Shown in pieces: positions 58,996-64,000 of a DNA stretch of 64,000 bases. Every line of letters starts with the position of its first letter. Positions within the stretch are counted from its first letter, which is position 1. Below the pieces are notes generated by a model. The model made no database searches, was not told the DNA's origin, and saw only the letters and a list, made by a program, of their open reading frames with translations. This DNA comes from Bacteroidota bacterium (GTDB lineage Bacteria; Bacteroidota; Bacteroidia; Bacteroidales; UBA7960). Position numbers and translations under genes: made by a program. Where the stretch lies: NCBI GenBank assembly GCA_018335675.1, contig JAGXRQ010000017.1, forward strand, positions 8,051 through 72,050, given 5' to 3'.

Positions 58996-60132
58996 ATGCT
59001 GGCAGGAGATTTTTACACATATATAATTAATGAAAAGAAGGAGGGTGTAATTGTTGCAACAATTACATTCAACCGCCTGCATCCAATATTTGAAGGGCAC
59101 TTTCCTCAGATAGCTGTTGTCCCGGGAGTTTGTCAGGTTCAAATTATTAAAGAGATAATTATCAAAGAACTTAACACAGACTTTCAACTTAGTTCGGCAA
59201 GGGAAATTAAGTTTCTTTCTTTAATAAATCCAGATAATACAGCAGAGCTTAATCTAACAATAAACTACGAATACACAGACTCAGATAATCTAAAAGTTGG
59301 AGCTCAATTTACATTGGGAGAAACAATGTTTCTAAAATTCAAAGCCGAGTACATTAAAAAAAAAAAAGCTTCTGAGCAATGCATAAAAAATGGCGAATGC
59401 TGTGTAATTATACCTACCTATAACAACTCAAACACATTAAAGAAAGTAATTGAAGATGTAAAAGCCTTCACATCTCACATTATTGTTGTAAACGACGGCA
59501 GCACAGACAATACCTCCGAAATTCTCAAAACAATTATCAACATAAAAGTCATAACGCATCAGAAAAACAAAGGAAAAGGTGGTGCATTAAGAACAGGATT
59601 TGCAGAAGCACTTAAATCCGGCTTTAAGTACGCCATTACAATTGACTCCGACGGACAGCATCTGGCAAAGGATATACCTCTGTTTTATGATGTGATTAGC
59701 AACAACCCGGGCTCTTTAATTATCGGATCCAGATTACTAATTCAGGAAAATATGCCGGGGAAAAACACTTTTGCGAACAAATTTTCAAATTTCTGGTTCA
59801 GATTACAAACGGGCATTAATCTGAAAGATACACAAAGTGGTTTTAGATTATATCCCCTTTTAGATATTGACAAAATGAAGCTGTTCTCAGCAAAATATGA
59901 ATATGAGCTGGAAATTTTAGTAAGAGCAGCCTGGCGCAACATAAACATTATTGCAATTCCAATTGATGTTTATTATCCGCCAAAAGAAGAAAGAATTACA
60001 CATTTCAGACCTTTAAGAGATTTTACAAGGATAAGTGTTTTAAATACAATCTTCACTTTTCTTGCTATCATTTACTATAGGCCTGCTTTGTTTTTCAAAA
60101 AAATCAAGAATAAAACAAATAAAACAAAATAA
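58996..60132 (+). CDS. Fusion protein: FabZ-like hotdog dehydratase (N) + family-2 glycosyltransferase (C)
   Basis: N-terminal FEGHFPQIAVVPGV (FabZ active-site motif). C-terminal CVIIPTYNNSNTLKKVIEDV...VVNDGSTDNT...DSDGQH (GT2 DxD region). The domains are joined by a KKKK linker encoded by A12. Confidence 0.85.
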   Translation: MLAGDFYTYIINEKKEGVIVATITFNRLHPIFEGHFPQIAVVPGVCQVQIIKEIIIKELNTDFQLSSAREIKFLSLINPDNTAELNLTINYEYTDSDNLKVGAQFTLGETMFLKFKAEYIKKKKASEQCIKNGECCVIIPTYNNSNTLKKVIEDVKAFTSHIIVVNDGSTDNTSEILKTIINIKVITHQKNKGKGGALRTGFAEALKSGFKYAITIDSDGQHLAKDIPLFYDVISNNPGSLIIGSRLLIQENMPGKNTFANKFSNFWFRLQTGINLKDTQSGFRLYPLLDIDKMKLFSAKYEYELEILVRAAWRNINIIAIPIDVYYPPKEERITHFRPLRDFTRISVLNTIFTFLAIIYYRPALFFKKIKNKTNKTK

Positions 60133-60138
60133 GCTTAA

Positions 60139-63100
60139 ATGCACAGCTTTATCAACATTCACAACTTTATTTCTAAAGGCAAATATGTATTTGCAATTTT
60201 GTTGTTGGCAGTAATCGCATTAGTATCGCATTATGCTTTAAGACTGGAATTGGAAGAAGATATTTCTGCAATTATTCCCAAAGATGAAAGACTTGGAAAT
60301 ATAAATGAAGTAATATCAGGAGCAAAAGTTGCCGACCAACTGATTTTTATGTTCTCAACAAAAGAAGGGCAAGAAAATCCTTATCTTTTAATATCTACCG
60401 CTGACAAGTTCATTGAAGAACTATTAGCCGATACATTATATATTAAGTCTGTAAAATTCAGAACAGAATCTGATGAGTTTCAAAGTCTATACAACTTCAT
60501 TTACAACAACTTGCCACTCTTTTTAAATGATGAAGATTATGAAACTATATCAGAGAAACTTTCCACCCAATCTATAGAAGCAGAAATTGAAAATAATTTC
60601 AGAACATTAATTTCTCCTGTTGGGTTTGTAACCAAAGAATACATCCTCAAAGACCCACTTCATTTGGTTCCAATTGCTTTAAAAAAGCTGGAGAGCTTTC
60701 AACTCGACGGGAATTTCCATCTTTATAATTCCTGCATTTTCACAAAAGATAATAGCACATTATTGATTTTCGTGGAACCTGTTTTTCAGGCAAACAACAC
60801 TAAAGCAAACCGGACATTAATAAGTAATATCGACGATCTTACCGAAAAGTTTAACGAAAGTAATTCAGAAATATCAATAGATTATTATGGTGGAACAGCT
60901 GTTGCAGTTGCTAATGCCAGCAGATTAAAATCAGATATTATCTTCACTGTCTCATTTGCTATGATACTTCTTAGCATATTGTTCTTTTTTGTTTTTAGAA
61001 AAATCAGATATATAATTCTGATGTTTTTCCCTATTGTATTGGGAATATTAATTTCATTGGCGCTACTTGTAGTTATTGAAGGAACAGTTTCTGCAATTGC
61101 ATTAGGTGTAGGAGCTGTACTTATAGGGATCTCAATAGATTATTCATTGCACGCATTCACACATTTTAGAAGCAGTGGATCAGTTATACATACTCTGAAA
61201 AGCATTTCCAAACCAATAATGATGAGTAGCATTTCTACAGCTCTTGCTTTTTTATGCCTCTTTATTGTAAAATCGAAAGCCCTGAATCAACTTGGAATGT
61301 TCTCGGCAATGTCTATTGTAGCCACAGCCCTAATTGTACTAATTGTAGTTCCTTTCTTCCTTAAAGAAAAGAATCAACCTGAACAAAAACCTAACAAAGT
61401 AAAAATACTTGAAAAGATTGCCGAATACAACTTCGATAAAAATAAAAAGCTCATTTATCTAATCCTTGCCTTATCCGTAGTTTTTATTTTCACATCTTCA
61501 AGATTAGGCTTTAACAGCGATTTGGCAAGCCTCAACTATCAGCCCGATAAACTAGAAAAAGCAGAAAAAAAACTTAAGAGCATAAGTTCAGAAGCTTTTA
61601 GTGCTGTTTATTTTATTAATCAGGGGAACAGCCTAGACGAAGCATTGAATCGCTCTGAAAAAACTATTGAACAGCTTACATCGTTTAAGAATGACAGTAT
61701 TATTTCCGACATTTCTTCAATATCAGGATTACTAATATCTGAAGAAAATCAAAAACAAAAAATTGAAAAATGGGAAGAGTTCTGGGATAAAACCAAAAAA
61801 GATGAATTAAGAGAAAATCTAATTAACGCCGGAAATAAATTCAAGTTTAAGAGCAGTACATTTTACAACTTTTATTCACTCCTTGATAAAAAGTTTGAAA
61901 CTGTCGATATCAAAGAACTAGAAGTTGTGTTTGAATCATTTACTGGAAATTATCTAAGTGAGAATAATGGGATATATTCAGTGATTTCAATTGCAAAAGT
62001 TGAGCAAAACAACAAAGACATTCTTTTTAGGAAAATTGATGCCGGAAATGATGTTTTGATTTACGATAATCAATATTACATAAATAAATTTTTAGACATT
62101 CTCAAAGAAGACTTCAATCTGCTGGTAGTACTGTCTATGTCGCTAATTTTTCTCATACTTTTAATATCTTACGGAAGAATTGAAATAGCAATTATCAGTT
62201 TTATCCCAATTGCTTTAAGCTGGATTTGGACGATTGGACTGATGGGATTGTTTGGAATAAAATTCAACATTTTCAATATCATTGTTACAACTTTTGTTTT
62301 CGGACTCGGAGTCGATTACAGCATTTTCATTGTTAGCGGACTTATCGCCAGATATAAATACGGAAATGTATCTTTACAACCATATAAAATGTCGGTGCTT
62401 TTATCTGCTATTACAACAATAACTAGCTTTGGAGTATTATTTTTTGCTCAACATCCGGTTTTAAAATCAATTGCAATAGTTTCAATTATTGGAATTTCTT
62501 CAGTTATACTTATTACATTCACTTTACTACCTAAGATGTTCCATTATCTCGTTGAAAACAAGAGAAGTTACAGAACTATTCCAATAACATTTTACAATCT
62601 CACAGTATCAATAAATGCATTAATCTTTTTCTTAATAGGCACCTTGGGTTTGACAGCTATAATGCCGGTATTGATTAGTCTTCCAATAAAAACAAAACAC
62701 AAGAAGAAATTTGTTCATTGGATGATATGTAATTGCAATTGGGTTATTATTACTGCAAATCACGGTGTGAGAAGAAAATTCATTAACAAAGAAAAACTTG
62801 ATTTCTCAAAACCCTCGGTTATTATTTCAAATCATCAATCATACCTTGATTTGATTTACCTTTTGAGATTGAACCCAAAAATGATTGCATTTACTAATTC
62901 GTGGGTTTATAATAGTTTTTTCTTTGGGAAAATTATTCGCTTTGCAGATTTTGTTCCTGTTTTTCAAGGGCTGGATGAGAACTTCGAGAAGCTTAAAAAG
63001 AAGATTGACGAAGGCTATTCACTATTAGTATTCCCTGAAGGTACCCGCACTCCTGACGGAAACATAAGTCGATTTCATCAAGGAGCTTTTTATGTAGCCG

Positions 63101-63984
63101 ATAAGTTGAACATTGATGTTCAGCCGGTTATGATACACGGTATTTTTGAGTGCATCCCAAAGCATGAATTTTACCTTAAAGCCGGCAAAATTCACATGAA
63201 GATTTTCGACAGGATAAAACCTGTCCATATAAATGAAGAAGCCGGCGAAACGCATAAGGAGCAAGCAAAAGAGATGACAAGGTTTTACCGCGAAGAGATG
63301 AAGAATCTTAAGCAAGAAGTTGAAACTCCAAGATATTTCAAAAGAAAGCTCATTGCTCAGTATATTTATAAAGGACCTGTATTGGAATGGTATATGAAAG
63401 CCAAGGTTCGTTCAGAAAACTATTACGAATTTTTCAATGATGTTATTCCAAGAGATGCAAGCATTGTTGATGTTGGTTGCGGATATGGTTTTCTTTCATT
63501 AATGCTGCATTATATTTCAAACGACAGAAAAATAACGGGCATAGACTATGATGAAGAAAAGATTAGTGTAGCTCAAAACATTCCAAACAAAACAGAAAAC
63601 CTGAAATTTGTTTTATCAGACATTACTGAAGAGGATCTGCCTCTAGCAAATGTTTACATTCTAAACGATGTACTGCATTATATTCCAAAGGAAATGCAGA
63701 TAAAAGTACTTAATCAATGCATGGAAAATGTTGGTGATGTAGGCTTTATAATTGTAAGAGATGCCGACACAAATCTAAAATCAAGAACGGCCGTAACAAA
63801 GTTTACCGAAATACATAGCACACGAATTGTGAAGTTTAACAAAAGTAAGTATAAACTGTCTTATTTTTCAGGGTCAGAAATTTCGGAAATTGCCCAAAAC
63901 AAAGGATTTGTATGCGAAAGATTCGACCATGCAAAACTCACATCTAATATTACATACATAATCAGAAAACAAAGCAATGAATAA
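60139..63984 (+). CDS. Tri-domain fusion: MMPL/RND-type exporter + PlsC-type acyltransferase + class I SAM methyltransferase
   Basis: About 790 aa with two bundles of TM helices separated by a large soluble loop (MMPL-like). Then NHQSYLDL (about aa 898) and FPEGTR (about aa 965), the PlsC motifs. Then VDVGCGYG (about aa 1110), the SAM-binding motif. Confidence 0.8.
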   Translation: MHSFINIHNFISKGKYVFAILLLAVIALVSHYALRLELEEDISAIIPKDERLGNINEVISGAKVADQLIFMFSTKEGQENPYLLISTADKFIEELLADTLYIKSVKFRTESDEFQSLYNFIYNNLPLFLNDEDYETISEKLSTQSIEAEIENNFRTLISPVGFVTKEYILKDPLHLVPIALKKLESFQLDGNFHLYNSCIFTKDNSTLLIFVEPVFQANNTKANRTLISNIDDLTEKFNESNSEISIDYYGGTAVAVANASRLKSDIIFTVSFAMILLSILFFFVFRKIRYIILMFFPIVLGILISLALLVVIEGTVSAIALGVGAVLIGISIDYSLHAFTHFRSSGSVIHTLKSISKPIMMSSISTALAFLCLFIVKSKALNQLGMFSAMSIVATALIVLIVVPFFLKEKNQPEQKPNKVKILEKIAEYNFDKNKKLIYLILALSVVFIFTSSRLGFNSDLASLNYQPDKLEKAEKKLKSISSEAFSAVYFINQGNSLDEALNRSEKTIEQLTSFKNDSIISDISSISGLLISEENQKQKIEKWEEFWDKTKKDELRENLINAGNKFKFKSSTFYNFYSLLDKKFETVDIKELEVVFESFTGNYLSENNGIYSVISIAKVEQNNKDILFRKIDAGNDVLIYDNQYYINKFLDILKEDFNLLVVLSMSLIFLILLISYGRIEIAIISFIPIALSWIWTIGLMGLFGIKFNIFNIIVTTFVFGLGVDYSIFIVSGLIARYKYGNVSLQPYKMSVLLSAITTITSFGVLFFAQHPVLKSIAIVSIIGISSVILITFTLLPKMFHYLVENKRSYRTIPITFYNLTVSINALIFFLIGTLGLTAIMPVLISLPIKTKHKKKFVHWMICNCNWVIITANHGVRRKFINKEKLDFSKPSVIISNHQSYLDLIYLLRLNPKMIAFTNSWVYNSFFFGKIIRFADFVPVFQGLDENFEKLKKKIDEGYSLLVFPEGTRTPDGNISRFHQGAFYVADKLNIDVQPVMIHGIFECIPKHEFYLKAGKIHMKIFDRIKPVHINEEAGETHKEQAKEMTRFYREEMKNLKQEVETPRYFKRKLIAQYIYKGPVLEWYMKAKVRSENYYEFFNDVIPRDASIVDVGCGYGFLSLMLHYISNDRKITGIDYDEEKISVAQNIPNKTENLKFVLSDITEEDLPLANVYILNDVLHYIPKEMQIKVLNQCMENVGDVGFIIVRDADTNLKSRTAVTKFTEIHSTRIVKFNKSKYKLSYFSGSEISEIAQNKGFVCERFDHAKLTSNITYIIRKQSNE

Positions 63985-64000
63985 GTTTGATGTTGTAATT
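63977..64000 (+). CDS. 5' end of the next cluster gene (MNKFDVVI...), probably an FAD/NAD(P)-binding oxidoreductase
   Basis: Its ATG overlaps the preceding stop by 8 nt. DVVI is the usual lead-in to a GxGxxG Rossmann motif. Only 8 codons are visible. Confidence 0.3.

Overview
AT-rich Bacteroidota-type chromosomal window. The assignment rests on TAnnTTTG -7 promoter boxes, T9SS C-terminal sorting domains, the rpsL-rpsG-fusA-rpsJ order without tuf, and murA-DUF4290 linkage. Region 1-15.4 kb is the complete str/S10/spc ribosomal superoperon on the minus strand (rpsL to infA, plus the first codons of rpmJ). Region 15.7-28.8 kb holds minus-strand housekeeping genes: a Ppx/GppA phosphatase, an ABC-2 transporter, dnaJ-grpE, murA, a UvrD-type helicase and a propeller/PP2C sensor phosphatase. 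Region 28.9-40.3 kb is mixed: an SDR epimerase, a dockerin/T9SS protein, a sigma-54 activator without a DNA-binding domain, PFOR (nifJ), outer-membrane proteins and a secreted superoxide-reductase-like protein. Region 40.6-64 kb is the most interesting part. It is a divergently transcribed aryl-polyene/flexirubin-type lipid-pigment cluster with an aromatic ammonia-lyase, KR, KS, two hotdog dehydratases, two ACPs, LpxL-type and PlsC-type acyltransferases, methyltransferases, a LolA-like carrier and an MMPL exporter. Attached to its left arm is a tightly packed seven-gene operon: HTH protein, BtrH-like acyltransferase, ACP, sulfotransferase, B12-radical-SAM enzyme, a 129-aa unknown protein and a TonB-dependent-type outer-membrane protein. 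I cannot assign this operon to a described pathway, and it is my best candidate for an undescribed tailoring/export system. The intergenic regions of this cluster, and no others in the window, carry several different short tandem-repeat arrays with 7, 8 and 10-11 bp units, plus a CGCAAA operator-like array. I found no tRNA, rRNA, CRISPR, transposase or integrase. All functional calls come from reading the translations and motifs by eye; no database search was run.
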